From Caedimonas varicaedens (GTDB lineage Bacteria > Pseudomonadota > Alphaproteobacteria > Caedimonadales > Caedimonadaceae), in the NCBI GenBank assembly GCA_001192655.1, contig BBVC01000037.1, forward strand, positions 1-24,667: a stretch of DNA of 24,667 bases, in the 5' to 3' direction. Below are positions 8,312 through 17,560 of this stretch, in pieces. Numbering within the stretch: position 1 is the first letter of the stretch; each line of letters opens with the position of its first letter. The translations under genes were made by a program, and so were the position numbers. Under the pieces are notes generated by a model. It saw only the letters and a program-made list of their open reading frames with translations. It did not search any database and had not been told where the DNA came from.

Positions 8312-10582
8312 TTAAAGTAAGGATACATTTTGTCCTGCTTCTTTCGCAGTGCCAAGTGTATGCGTAAAGTCTCCAAGATTTTTAAAGCTTATGCGAAACA
8401 TATAAGTCAAATCGGGACGTAAATCACGATCATTGTAAAACGTTTTGGTCAGGGTATTGGCAAAAGTAAAGCATTCGTTCTCAAATGTAAGAGAAACCCC
8501 TTGAGACAAGGTTCGGGATTGTTGTCCCAAATCTCGTGTTGTTGTTACGTTCGCAGTCCAATTTTCATGAAAAGCAGACGATAGGCTCATAACTGCTTGT
8601 TTGCTTGACAGAATTTTAGCATCTGATGATGGAATGGGAGATTGGGTATAAGTTGCAGTAAAGCGCAAAATAGGCTGACCTACGCTAGCGCTTGTTTCAT
8701 TTCGATGAAAATGGAGAGTCTGTCGCTCCAATAGGAAACGTGTCTTAAAACTGAGCCAGCTTGTATAATGGTACTTCAGTCGGGCGACAACATCCGAAAG
8801 ACGTTTGTCAAGGCCTGTATTAGCAAGATATTTTTGCGGCTCTTGAAAAGCAAGACTCTGACCGACAAAAAATCCTGCATGTCCTAGCTCCTTTGAGAAT
8901 CCGGAAAGATTAAGCCCAAAATTCAATCGGGAGCCTCCATCGATACGGTCAAGTCCAGCAAAGCGTGATTCACTCATCAAAACAGCATCATTAAATTCAA
9001 TAAGCCCACCATCTTCATTAGGAAGTTTTGTGGGTTGATTCAAATCCGGAGCAGTGACCAAACCTAACATGGGCTCTAACACAACACGATAGGATCGCCA
9101 ATTCCGAAAGAAAGGATAGCTCCAGTTAGCATAGGCCTGAGGGAGAACTCGTGACAGGGTGGTATTATAAGTTAGAGTGGATGGTTTGGATGGTTTATAA
9201 TCTTTCACCTCATAAACGTCCCCCCGTAATTTAACGCCGAAAGTATAAACTTCTCCCCATGTTGAAACGTGAGGTTTTTGCCAGCCACCCGTTGTTGATA
9301 AGCGATTATATTTTGTTCCTTCCTGACGTGTCAGCGCTAATCCGTCTCCCTCAATACTCCAGCGTCCGCCAAAGCGATCAGGGTTACCCAAATAGTTAAT
9401 GTTCATCCAGGGCAACAAAAGCGGTGTATTTTTACCTGTATCGCCTTCACGTAAACCCTGAAAAGCATAACCCTGAACGACACCATAACTTCGCCCCCAA
9501 AACCCTTCTCCACGCGCATTAGATGTCAGAAAAGAACGGTAAGCAGAACCTAAATGGGGGTAACGTCTTAAATAAGTTTGATCACTGGTTCTCTCAATGC
9601 GCAGGCTTCCACGAATATGTTCCGTAAATTCATATTTCGCCTCAGGAACTACATGCCATCGAACACGATCAGATTCTTTCAGTGTTTTTCCTTGAGCATC
9701 AACAACTTTTGAGCCAGGATCGACGCTTCCTGTAATGCTCATTTCTCCTTTTTCTAGTCTTTGGCGATATTGCAGTCCCAGGACACCTGTACCATTGGTA
9801 CGGATCATCGGTGTAAAGGTGATATCTTTATCTCTGGAAAGCACCCAGAAATATTCCATTAGACCATACCAACCCAAATCAGTGGACTGACCTATCGTAA
9901 AACCTAAAAATCCAGTCCGCCTTTTGACCTTGGGAGCTGGATGACGCAAATAAGGCATATAAAATGCCGGAATACCAAACATCTCAATCAAAGCATCTGT
10001 ATAATAAATATCTTCTGCTTTCTCATCATAAACAGCATGTTTTGCCTTCACTTGCCAAAAAGGGGGCTTTTGCGGATTCACCTTGCAAAGATTACAAGGC
10101 GAATAGAGAACATTAGTGAAATGAGTGATTTCAGCATTCTTTCTATCTCCCTTGCTGGCAACAAGACGTGCATTGTCTGAGAGCATGATACGTGCCTGAG
10201 TTACAAAGCCTGTTTTCATATCTCCTGTTAACTCGGCATAATCCACATAAATGGTCTCACCCGATGTTTCGTCAAGACGTACATGCCCGGATGCTGTCAT
10301 GATATCTGTTTTATTGTTATAGGTCACAACATCGGCACGCAGAACGCGCCCTTCGCGCTCGATTTCCACGTGACCCAGAGCCGTAATAAGCCCTGATTCT
10401 TTTTCATGAATAATTTCATCCGCGTACAGGAGAGTGTTTTCACTCCCTTTGGGTGACTTCTGGCGAGAAGAGGGCTTTACAACTTTCGTACTAAGCCGAT
10501 CAAAAATAGCCGCTTCAAGCAGGTTTGGCGCTAAAAGAAAGAGAGTAAGGGTAAGATAGCTAATTTTACTTTTGTTGTACAC
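8312..10582 (-). CDS. lptD: LPS-assembly outer membrane protein LptD (OstA/Imp)
   Basis: The 756-aa ORF has a signal peptide (..LLAPNLLEA/A), an N-terminal OstA-like jelly-roll (ADEIIHEKESGLITALGHVEIE..VTYNNKTDIMTASGHVRL) and a long beta-barrel-type C-terminus. The GTG start lies 3 nt after the lptG stop, with a GAGGAAGGG SD. Confidence 0.9.
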   Translation of the reverse strand: MYNKSKISYLTLTLFLLAPNLLEAAIFDRLSTKVVKPSSRQKSPKGSENTLLYADEIIHEKESGLITALGHVEIEREGRVLRADVVTYNNKTDIMTASGHVRLDETSGETIYVDYAELTGDMKTGFVTQARIMLSDNARLVASKGDRKNAEITHFTNVLYSPCNLCKVNPQKPPFWQVKAKHAVYDEKAEDIYYTDALIEMFGIPAFYMPYLRHPAPKVKRRTGFLGFTIGQSTDLGWYGLMEYFWVLSRDKDITFTPMIRTNGTGVLGLQYRQRLEKGEMSITGSVDPGSKVVDAQGKTLKESDRVRWHVVPEAKYEFTEHIRGSLRIERTSDQTYLRRYPHLGSAYRSFLTSNARGEGFWGRSYGVVQGYAFQGLREGDTGKNTPLLLPWMNINYLGNPDRFGGRWSIEGDGLALTRQEGTKYNRLSTTGGWQKPHVSTWGEVYTFGVKLRGDVYEVKDYKPSKPSTLTYNTTLSRVLPQAYANWSYPFFRNWRSYRVVLEPMLGLVTAPDLNQPTKLPNEDGGLIEFNDAVLMSESRFAGLDRIDGGSRLNFGLNLSGFSKELGHAGFFVGQSLAFQEPQKYLANTGLDKRLSDVVARLKYHYTSWLSFKTRFLLERQTLHFHRNETSASVGQPILRFTATYTQSPIPSSDAKILSSKQAVMSLSSAFHENWTANVTTTRDLGQQSRTLSQGVSLTFENECFTFANTLTKTFYNDRDLRPDLTYMFRISFKNLGDFTHTLGTAKEAGQNVSLL

Positions 10583-10585
10583 TTC

Positions 10586-11680
10586 TTACCCTTCCTCAAA
10601 ATACAATAATGCTGTAACACCTAAAAGCGCACTGATCCCTACAGGAGCCCAGGCAGAAAGTAGGATAGGTAACGTTCCCGCGCTACCTAAAGCATGTGTA
10701 ATATCGCGTAAAATATATAACAGGAAGGCACATAAAGCACCAACGCCAATTATGGTCATCGCTCTTTGTTGCCGAATAAGACGCAAGGAACAACTAGCAG
10801 CCAGTATGACCATAATGCCCATCCATATCCACCTTGACAATAATGAATGCCAACGTAACATATATTTGTGACCGGAAAGACCAGAGTTTTCAAGCATTTC
10901 TGAGACATGAAGCAAGTTCCAGAAAGAGATACTGTGGGGTGCCGCTCCTGTATTTTGAATAACAGGGATAGATAAAGCTGTCGACAATTCCAGTCTACTC
11001 ATATGCTGTGGCATAGATTGAGGGGTTTGTTGCCATACATCATTTAAAGTAATCGCATGATCCCCAAAGCTTGCTGTTTTGGCTTCAATTCGCTTCAGAA
11101 AATGATCTTGAAGATCGAATTGAAACACACTGATATTCTGTGATGTATACATTTTGGGGTCAATATGAGCAATTTGGAATACTTGCTGAATATCGCCTTT
11201 TTTCTCTCGAATCCAAAGACCAGACTCAGATATGGCCAAACTCTCTATATTTTTTTGAAAGTATTGCCCATCCATATGTTCATAGCGCAACATCATGTGA
11301 GATGCGACAGGGTTAAAAACAGTTAAATCAAGAGCACCCAAAATCCATACGACACTGACAAGAGGAGCAATAATTTGCCAAATTGAAATGCCCGAAGCTT
11401 TCATGACTGTCATTTCCTGATAACGATTAAGCGCCCATAGAGTCAGAATGGAAGAAAACAAGATTACAAAGGGTAAGACTTGCTGCAACAGGGTAGGCGT
11501 CTTCAAAACGAGCATTTGTAAAAGGATAGAGAATCCGACATCTGTTTTGGATGATCCTTTTCTGATAAGCTCCGCCAGATCAAAAAGCATAATAATTGTT
11601 ATAATCGCAAGCCCGACAATGCTTGTCCATTTCAGGAAATTGCGGATCAGATACCAGGAAATCACAAAATGGGAAATCAT
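10586..11680 (-). CDS. lptG: LPS export ABC permease LptG (YjgP/YjgQ family)
   Basis: YjgP/YjgQ-type topology, sited between lptF and lptD. The start is set at ATG 11680 (MISHFVISWYLIRNF..), 1 nt after the lptF stop. The ORF-track start at 11719 would overlap lptF. Confidence 0.85.
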   Translation of the reverse strand: MISHFVISWYLIRNFLKWTSIVGLAIITIIMLFDLAELIRKGSSKTDVGFSILLQMLVLKTPTLLQQVLPFVILFSSILTLWALNRYQEMTVMKASGISIWQIIAPLVSVVWILGALDLTVFNPVASHMMLRYEHMDGQYFQKNIESLAISESGLWIREKKGDIQQVFQIAHIDPKMYTSQNISVFQFDLQDHFLKRIEAKTASFGDHAITLNDVWQQTPQSMPQHMSRLELSTALSIPVIQNTGAAPHSISFWNLLHVSEMLENSGLSGHKYMLRWHSLLSRWIWMGIMVILAASCSLRLIRQQRAMTIIGVGALCAFLLYILRDITHALGSAGTLPILLSAWAPVGISALLGVTALLYFEEG

Positions 11681-11681
11681 C

Positions 11682-12782
11682 TTATGTCTTCTTATCCACT
11701 CGTTTGATTTTCTCGACAATCATATAAAGAGACCCCAAAAAGCAAAGAACAAGCATCCCATATGCTAGAAAAATGGTAAAATTAAATCGTTCTGACAGAT
11801 TAATAAGTCCGATCAGAAGTATTTCTAGCAAGCCACAGAATACTGTCGCAAGAATGATCTTTTTTGTACGACCCCGTCGATTGTGGTCTCCTTGCAAAAA
11901 GAAAGCCAAGGCAATGCCTGTAAAACAAAAAACTGTCAAAGGAATGATAAGACGCTGATGAGCTTCAGCATAAAGTTTTTTAATCATTGTTGGAGTTTCT
12001 ATTCCCACATCAGGGTTTAAAAGATCGCCCAGAAAACGCTCATAGGGTTTTCGCTTACGCTCAATTTTTTCTTCAGGAATCACTGAAAGATCGAGAGTAT
12101 AATTATCAAACAGTAATATATTTGGCTTACCAGTTTTAGAGTCCAATTGCTGACGATTACCATTGAACAAAGTAATGCCCAAACCATCAGGGTTTTCAGT
12201 AATGAGTCCTTGCTCAGCAACCAGCGTAAAAGGGGCTTCTTGATTACGGGCATCATGCAGCAAGATACCCCTCAACTCTCCTGTCCGACGACGTTCCCTG
12301 ACGTAAATGGTAATGCCTTTCAGTGTTGTAAACTCACCGGGTTGAACCAGATAAGTTGTGAAGTTATTGCGGATTTCATACTCCATATCTTTAAATTTTT
12401 GAAAAGATATAGGCAGGAAATAAAGATTAATCGCATACAAAAATGTAACAATAACCACTGAAAACGAAAATGCAGGCAGTGATAATGCAAAATTACTCAT
12501 ACCTGATGCGCGCATAACGATAAGCTCGCTATCTGTCAGCAATCGATTATATGTAAAGAGAATAGCAATCAGCGTAGAAATAGGCAGAACAATACTGATC
12601 AAATCAGGAATCAAAAAAATAATCATCTTGAAAAAAATGGTCATGGAAAAACCACGGCAAATGACGATGTCAACAAACCGAAGGGATTGAGTCAACCATA
12701 AGGCAGTTGTCAAGACGACTGTAATAAAAAAAGTCGTAAAGGCAAGCTGGTTAAAAACATAGCGGTTTAAGATCTTGATCAT
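11682..12782 (-). CDS. lptF: LPS export ABC permease LptF (YjgP/YjgQ family)
   Basis: The N-terminus MIKILNRYVFNQL..TTALWLTQSLRF and the SELIVMRASGMS motif are typical of the LptF/G family. It is the first gene of the lptF-lptG-lptD run. Confidence 0.85.
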   Translation of the reverse strand: MIKILNRYVFNQLAFTTFFITVVLTTALWLTQSLRFVDIVICRGFSMTIFFKMIIFLIPDLISIVLPISTLIAILFTYNRLLTDSELIVMRASGMSNFALSLPAFSFSVVIVTFLYAINLYFLPISFQKFKDMEYEIRNNFTTYLVQPGEFTTLKGITIYVRERRRTGELRGILLHDARNQEAPFTLVAEQGLITENPDGLGITLFNGNRQQLDSKTGKPNILLFDNYTLDLSVIPEEKIERKRKPYERFLGDLLNPDVGIETPTMIKKLYAEAHQRLIIPLTVFCFTGIALAFFLQGDHNRRGRTKKIILATVFCGLLEILLIGLINLSERFNFTIFLAYGMLVLCFLGSLYMIVEKIKRVDKKT

Positions 12783-12939
12783 CTATTTACACAACAAAAA
12801 AACCTTGCCATATTGCTTAAATTACGTGTATGGCATGTTTACGAAAAAAGTACTATCTTTGCTTTGTAGAATACTTATTCAACCAAGCTCAAGAAGAATT
12901 TTACCAATACCATACTTGAACACAGGTTATAACCAAAAC

Positions 12940-14211
12940 ATGATAAAACGAATTTCTTTTTTGGCACTACTTTTAGCGCTTTTTTGTACACACAGGACGA
13001 CCTTTGCTGCCTATGAAATTGCTGCTGTTGTGAATGACAGAATTATTTCAGCCGCTGATTTGGAATATCGTCTGAAGCTTGCGCTTCTTTCTTCTGGACT
13101 TGAAGATTCAGAAGAAGCCCGCAAAAGTTTACGGGATCAAATTCTCAAAATGATGATTGATGAGGCATTACAGCTTTCTACAGCTGAAAAATACGATATC
13201 AAAGCGACGGATACGGAGGTGCTGCAGGCCTTTAATGAATTTGAAAACCGCAATAATATGCAATCTGGCCAGCTGAAGGCGCTTCTCACCACAAATAGCA
13301 TTCCCTTGGAAGTCCTGTATAACCAGATTCGCGCTAATTTATCCTGGCGTGAATATATCCATGCCCGTTATCAGGGGATGGTGCAGATTGGAGAACAGGA
13401 CATTGACCGTTCCATGAAACAATTTGAGGTCAAAAAAGATAAACCCCAAATTCTGGTTTCAGAAATTTTTTTGAGCGTTGAATCACCAGAAAGCACCCTT
13501 AAAGTTGAAGAAAAAGCACGAGAGTTTGTTCAGGAACTGAGGAAAGGAGCACAATTCCCAGCGCTTGCGCAACAATTCTCACAAAATGCAAGCGCCGCGC
13601 GAGGAGGTAGTATTGGGTGGGTAGCAGAAGATGATCTGGATTCTTCGTTAGCGCAAGCCATAAAAAATCTTCAGGCCGGAGAAGTTTCGGATCCTGTCAA
13701 AACTCAAAATGGATATTATATTCTCTTCGTCAAAGATCGCAGATCTTCTGGAGAAAGTATCGGCAAGGATACTCTCCTATCGTTTATGCAGGTTTTATTT
13801 CCCGCTTCTCCACCTTTTTCAGATGAAAGCCTTCAACCTGTCTTTAATCAGGCAAAAAGCATTGCCGTTAATTCAAAAAGCTGCGGGTTGTTAAAGACAT
13901 TGGCCAAAGCCGATAAAAGCATTCAAATGCGTGAAGTTCAAAAAGCACGTATGAGTGATATGGCGCCCCAATTGAAAAACATGCTTTTGAATCTGGGAAT
14001 TGGTACGGCAAACGAGCCTCTTTTAACAGACATGGGTTTTATTGTTTTTATGGTTTGTGCGAAGGAAGAAATTAACCCCGACAATCCAACAAAAGATGAA
14101 GTCCGTGGAATGCTTTTTGAGCAAAAACTTGAGCAATTATCTCAACGTGAAATGCGGGATACACGCAGAGCGGCACACATTGATATTCGGATTGCAGGAG
14201 ACATCTCTTAG
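12940..14211 (+). CDS. surA: Periplasmic chaperone / peptidyl-prolyl isomerase SurA (single parvulin domain)
   Basis: The start is set at ATG 12940, where a Sec signal peptide begins (MIKRISFLALLLALFCTHRTTFA/AYE). It has a SurA N-terminal domain and a PpiC/parvulin block (ARGGSIGWV..GEVSDPVKTQNGYYILFVKDRR). It lies directly upstream of rsmA. Confidence 0.85.
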   Translation: MIKRISFLALLLALFCTHRTTFAAYEIAAVVNDRIISAADLEYRLKLALLSSGLEDSEEARKSLRDQILKMMIDEALQLSTAEKYDIKATDTEVLQAFNEFENRNNMQSGQLKALLTTNSIPLEVLYNQIRANLSWREYIHARYQGMVQIGEQDIDRSMKQFEVKKDKPQILVSEIFLSVESPESTLKVEEKAREFVQELRKGAQFPALAQQFSQNASAARGGSIGWVAEDDLDSSLAQAIKNLQAGEVSDPVKTQNGYYILFVKDRRSSGESIGKDTLLSFMQVLFPASPPFSDESLQPVFNQAKSIAVNSKSCGLLKTLAKADKSIQMREVQKARMSDMAPQLKNMLLNLGIGTANEPLLTDMGFIVFMVCAKEEINPDNPTKDEVRGMLFEQKLEQLSQREMRDTRRAAHIDIRIAGDIS

Positions 14212-15039
14212 GTGACATTGGAAGACCTTCCACCCCTACGAGAAGTTATCGCCGCCTATGGTTTAGCCGCTAAAAAAAACCTTGGGCAAAATTTTTTACT
14301 TGATCTTAATTTGACGCTTAAAATTGCCCGTGCGGGGGGTGATCTCTCTTCTGCAACAGTGCTCGAAGTTGGGCCTGGGCCTGGTGGTCTTACTCGTGCG
14401 TTACTATTGGCTGGCGCACGACGGGTGATTGCGGTTGAACGTGACCAGCGCTGTATTAAAGCACTTCAATCGCTTGTAGGAGCTTCTGAAGGGAAATTGA
14501 CTCTTCATTATGGAGATGCCCTCGACTTTTCTCTGGAAATCTTGGGGGAGGAACCTCTCAAAATTATTGCAAACCTTCCTTATAATATTGGTGCTTCCTT
14601 GCTTATCGGTTGGCTTCGGCAAGCTGGATATATTTCTTCCATGATCCTCATGTTTCAAAAAGAGGTTGCTGAACGCATTACAGCTTCTCCGCGTTCAAAA
14701 GCGTATGGACGACTTTCTGTTATTTGTCAGGCACGAGCGAAATGTCGAAAATTATTTGATGTTTCTCCTTCTGCTTTTACGCCATCTCCTAAAGTAACGT
14801 CAAGCATTGTAGAATTTATTCCGTATCCTTCCACAGAAATTTCATGGAAGTTCGAATCTCTTGAAGCGGTCACCCAGGCTGCTTTTGGACAACGGCGAAA
14901 GATGTTACGGTCTTCTCTTAAATCTCTTTTTCTTTTTCCTGAAAAAATATTGCAAGAACTGGATCTTGATCCTCAAAAGCGTGCGGAAGATTTGGCGATA
15001 AGCGATTTCATTCGATTAAGTTTTTTTGTCAAAACCTAG
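14212..15039 (+). CDS. rsmA: 16S rRNA (adenine1518/1519-N6)-dimethyltransferase RsmA/KsgA
   Basis: It carries the LGQNFLLD, EVGPGPGGLT (SAM-binding) and NLPYNI motifs. The GTG start abuts the surA TAG, with an AGGAG 11 nt upstream. Confidence 0.93.
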   Translation: MTLEDLPPLREVIAAYGLAAKKNLGQNFLLDLNLTLKIARAGGDLSSATVLEVGPGPGGLTRALLLAGARRVIAVERDQRCIKALQSLVGASEGKLTLHYGDALDFSLEILGEEPLKIIANLPYNIGASLLIGWLRQAGYISSMILMFQKEVAERITASPRSKAYGRLSVICQARAKCRKLFDVSPSAFTPSPKVTSSIVEFIPYPSTEISWKFESLEAVTQAAFGQRRKMLRSSLKSLFLFPEKILQELDLDPQKRAEDLAISDFIRLSFFVKT

Positions 15040-15213
15040 TACATCAACTAAAGAAAGACATCCTATTTTATTGATTTTTAAAGGAAATAGATACTTCAAA
15101 GTTTTTCATTACTTTCTTCATCTACTTTGTATTAAAAATAATGTCTTTTAAGAAATGATCCCATTTGATACTGTCAGCAACATTAAACGTCTGAATCAGA
15201 TTGGTTTTACTTC

Positions 15214-16197
15214 ATGTTACAAAGCCCAGATTGTCTGCTGGAAATTCTTTCGCCAACCAATGAAGCACTTGAAAGAGCTGCGCACCTTCTTTTAAAGGGA
15301 GAATTGGTAGCTATTCCCACAGAAACAGTTTATGGACTTGCTGCTGATGCGACAAATGATCAAGCTGTTGCCAAAATCTATAATCTGAAAAAGCGTCCGC
15401 AGTTCAACCCTCTCATCATCCACTTTGCCGAAATCAGCGCTATAAAATCCCATGTGAAATGGAATAATATGGCTGAAAAGCTTGCACATACCTTTTGGCC
15501 AGGTCCATTAACCCTGATTTTAAGGAAAAAAATAGACTCTCCCCTTTCCCTTCTTGCCACTGCAGGTCTTGACACCGTAGGCGTCAGAATTCCACGTCAT
15601 AACGTTGCACATCTCTTGATCCAAAAAATTGGTAAGCCCTTGGCAGCACCTAGTGCCAATCCTTCAGAAGCCATCAGTCCTACCTCAGCGCTAGATGTCA
15701 GGAGAGGTTTTGATTTCAAAAAACCGCTTTTAATTATTGACGGCGGAATTTGCGAAAGCGGGCTTGAATCGACAATTTTAGATCTTACTCTGAATATTCC
15801 TACTGTATTAAGACCAGGACTGATCACACCAGAAGCGATTGAAGAAATTCTGCAATGTCGTGTTCTGCGATCTTCTCCAAATTCTCTTTTTAAAGCTCCA
15901 GGACAAATGAAACGTCATTATGCGCCCCACATCCCTCTCAGATTGAACGTAACAAACGTATCATCCGGTGAGGCATTGTTAGCTTTTGGTCCCTCTCCTC
16001 TTTCAGGTGGAGCAAAGATGCTTAATTTGAGTCAGGGCGGGAACCTGGAAGAAGCCGCAGCAAATCTTTTCAGGATGATGCATGAACTGGATCAACCTTT
16101 TTTTTCGGGAATTGCCGTGATGCCTATTTCTTCCGAAGCGGTAGGCATAGCTATTAATGACCGACTTTGCCGTGCAGCAACAAAAAAAGAAAACTAA
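15214..16197 (+). CDS. tsaC: L-threonylcarbamoyladenylate synthase, long Sua5/YwlC type (YrdC domain plus Sua5 C-terminal domain)
   Basis: It has the YrdC motifs VAIPTETVYGLAADA, KKRPxxNPLIIH and SANPS. The 327-aa length implies the extra Sua5 C-terminal domain. Confidence 0.88.
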   Translation: MLQSPDCLLEILSPTNEALERAAHLLLKGELVAIPTETVYGLAADATNDQAVAKIYNLKKRPQFNPLIIHFAEISAIKSHVKWNNMAEKLAHTFWPGPLTLILRKKIDSPLSLLATAGLDTVGVRIPRHNVAHLLIQKIGKPLAAPSANPSEAISPTSALDVRRGFDFKKPLLIIDGGICESGLESTILDLTLNIPTVLRPGLITPEAIEEILQCRVLRSSPNSLFKAPGQMKRHYAPHIPLRLNVTNVSSGEALLAFGPSPLSGGAKMLNLSQGGNLEEAAANLFRMMHELDQPFFSGIAVMPISSEAVGIAINDRLCRAATKKEN

Positions 16198-16236
16198 CTA
16201 TAGATAATTAATGAAACATAAAGCAAAATCAATTTT

Positions 16237-16740
16237 ATGAAATTAGTCACGAGATCTCGATCTACTGTCCATGTTGCTGTAGGCGTTCTTATCAATGACG
16301 TAAATGAGATTTTGATTGCTCAACGTCCCAAAGGGAAACCATTTCCTGGTTTTTGGGAATTCCCAGGAGGAAAAATAGAACCCCAGGAAACGCCTTGCCA
16401 GGCACTTTTGAGAGAACTCCATGAAGAACTAGGGATTGAGATTAATCCCGATCATCCTCTTTTGTTGGGCAATGTGAAGTATGCTTACCCTGAGTTCATT
16501 TTTCAGGCACCTGTTTTTATATGTACGTCATGGGAAAGGCAACCACAACCGCTTGAAGGACAACGTCTCGTTTGGGCAAAGCCTTTTGACTTGCTCTCCT
16601 ATAACTTGCTTCCTGCTTGTAAAGGAATATGTTTGTTGCTTCAAGAAAAAACTGATTTTATAGCCAGGGAAAGAAAGCGCAATATCTTTCAGGATAGCAT
16701 GAACAAAATAATCAAAAATGTACCCAATCCCACCCGATAG
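16237..16740 (+). CDS. mutT: NUDIX hydrolase, MutT-like 8-oxo-dGTP diphosphatase
   Basis: It has the Nudix box GGKIEPQETPCQALLRELHEELGI (GX5EX7REUXEEXGU). A ~30-aa non-conserved C-terminal tail runs 52 bp into the convergent uppP gene. Confidence 0.75.
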   Translation: MKLVTRSRSTVHVAVGVLINDVNEILIAQRPKGKPFPGFWEFPGGKIEPQETPCQALLRELHEELGIEINPDHPLLLGNVKYAYPEFIFQAPVFICTSWERQPQPLEGQRLVWAKPFDLLSYNLLPACKGICLLLQEKTDFIARERKRNIFQDSMNKIIKNVPNPTR

Positions 16741-17504
16741 AGCACAAAAGGTGTAAAATTAAATTTTTTCAGCCATCGCATCATGAAATGAATTGCCATT
16801 AACCCAGCGATAAGTGAAAACGCAGCGCCTAACGCGGCATCTGCAAAAACGTCAACCTGATTTTCCTTAATAGCCTTATAGCTGGTTAAAGTTGCTGCGG
16901 CGATAATAGCAGGGATAGACAATAAAAAAGAAAACTTGGCAGACTCCAAACGTGTAAATCCCAAATATCGAGACATGGTCATGCACGCTCCTGAACGACT
17001 TGTACCAGGAATAAGTGCCAGGGCTTGGGCAATGCCTATTTTAAAAGCATCTTTGCATGTCATTTCGCCAAGAATACGCTGCATCGGCATTTTCTTGTCA
17101 ACCCCATAGAGTAGTAACCCGTAAAAAATACTGGTTAATCCTATAATCCCCAATGAATGAAGCTTTGCAACACCAATTTCACTTAAAATGAAACCAAAAA
17201 TAATTGCAGGAATCGTTCCTGTCATCAGGAATAAAATTTCCTTACTGCCAGAAGTATCCCAGTTTCCTTGCAGAAAATGGGGAACATTTTTGAGCATTTT
17301 CATAATATCACGCCAAAAATAAACAAAAATAGCTCCCAAAGTTCCCACATGCACAGCGACATCCATGACTAATCCTTGAGAAGACCACTGAAAAAACTTT
17401 GGAACTAGAATGAGATGAGCTGAAGAGCTGACAGGCAAAAACTCTGTTAATCCCTGAATCAGGGCAAGAATTATAATTTGGACTAGTGGCAAAGTTGTAT
17501 CCAT
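16689..17504 (-). CDS. uppP: Undecaprenyl-diphosphate phosphatase (BacA/UppP)
   Basis: It carries the GLTEFLPVSSSAHL and PGTSRSG motifs, has 8 predicted TM helices and is 271 aa long. Confidence 0.92.
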   Translation of the reverse strand: MDTTLPLVQIIILALIQGLTEFLPVSSSAHLILVPKFFQWSSQGLVMDVAVHVGTLGAIFVYFWRDIMKMLKNVPHFLQGNWDTSGSKEILFLMTGTIPAIIFGFILSEIGVAKLHSLGIIGLTSIFYGLLLYGVDKKMPMQRILGEMTCKDAFKIGIAQALALIPGTSRSGACMTMSRYLGFTRLESAKFSFLLSIPAIIAAATLTSYKAIKENQVDVFADAALGAAFSLIAGLMAIHFMMRWLKKFNFTPFVLYRVGLGTFLIILFMLS

Positions 17505-17560
17505 GTGTTAAATTGACTCTATCCTTATTAAATGAATCGAAGAAAGTCGTCAAAGTTTTT

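Noticed and set aside
9941-12461. Antisense ORFs within lptD, lptG and lptF (9941..10180, 10572..10871, 11448..11768, 11773..11958, 12147..12461)
   Set aside because: These are shadow ORFs opposite strongly supported membrane-protein genes, with no recognisable motifs. The same reasoning applies to 3371..3568, 4725..5036, 6121..6360, 13709..13894, 14404..14658, 15292..15827, 16481..16663, 17308..17553, 17618..17809, 19427..19848, 20679..20936 and 23239..23961.
12775-12939. 5' extensions of several ORF-track calls (surA from 12775, sodB from 8251, lptG from 11719, GST from 17486)
   Set aside because: The extensions overlap neighbouring genes or precede obvious signal peptides or family N-termini. 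Internal ATGs with SDs give lengths typical of each family.
15054-15148. 8-bp inverted repeat AAAGACAT..ATGTCTTT flanking ~80 nt in the rsmA-tsaC spacer, considered as a MITE or ncRNA stem
   Set aside because: The arms are short and AT-rich, the interior has no supporting structure, and there are no other copies in the window. It is at chance level.
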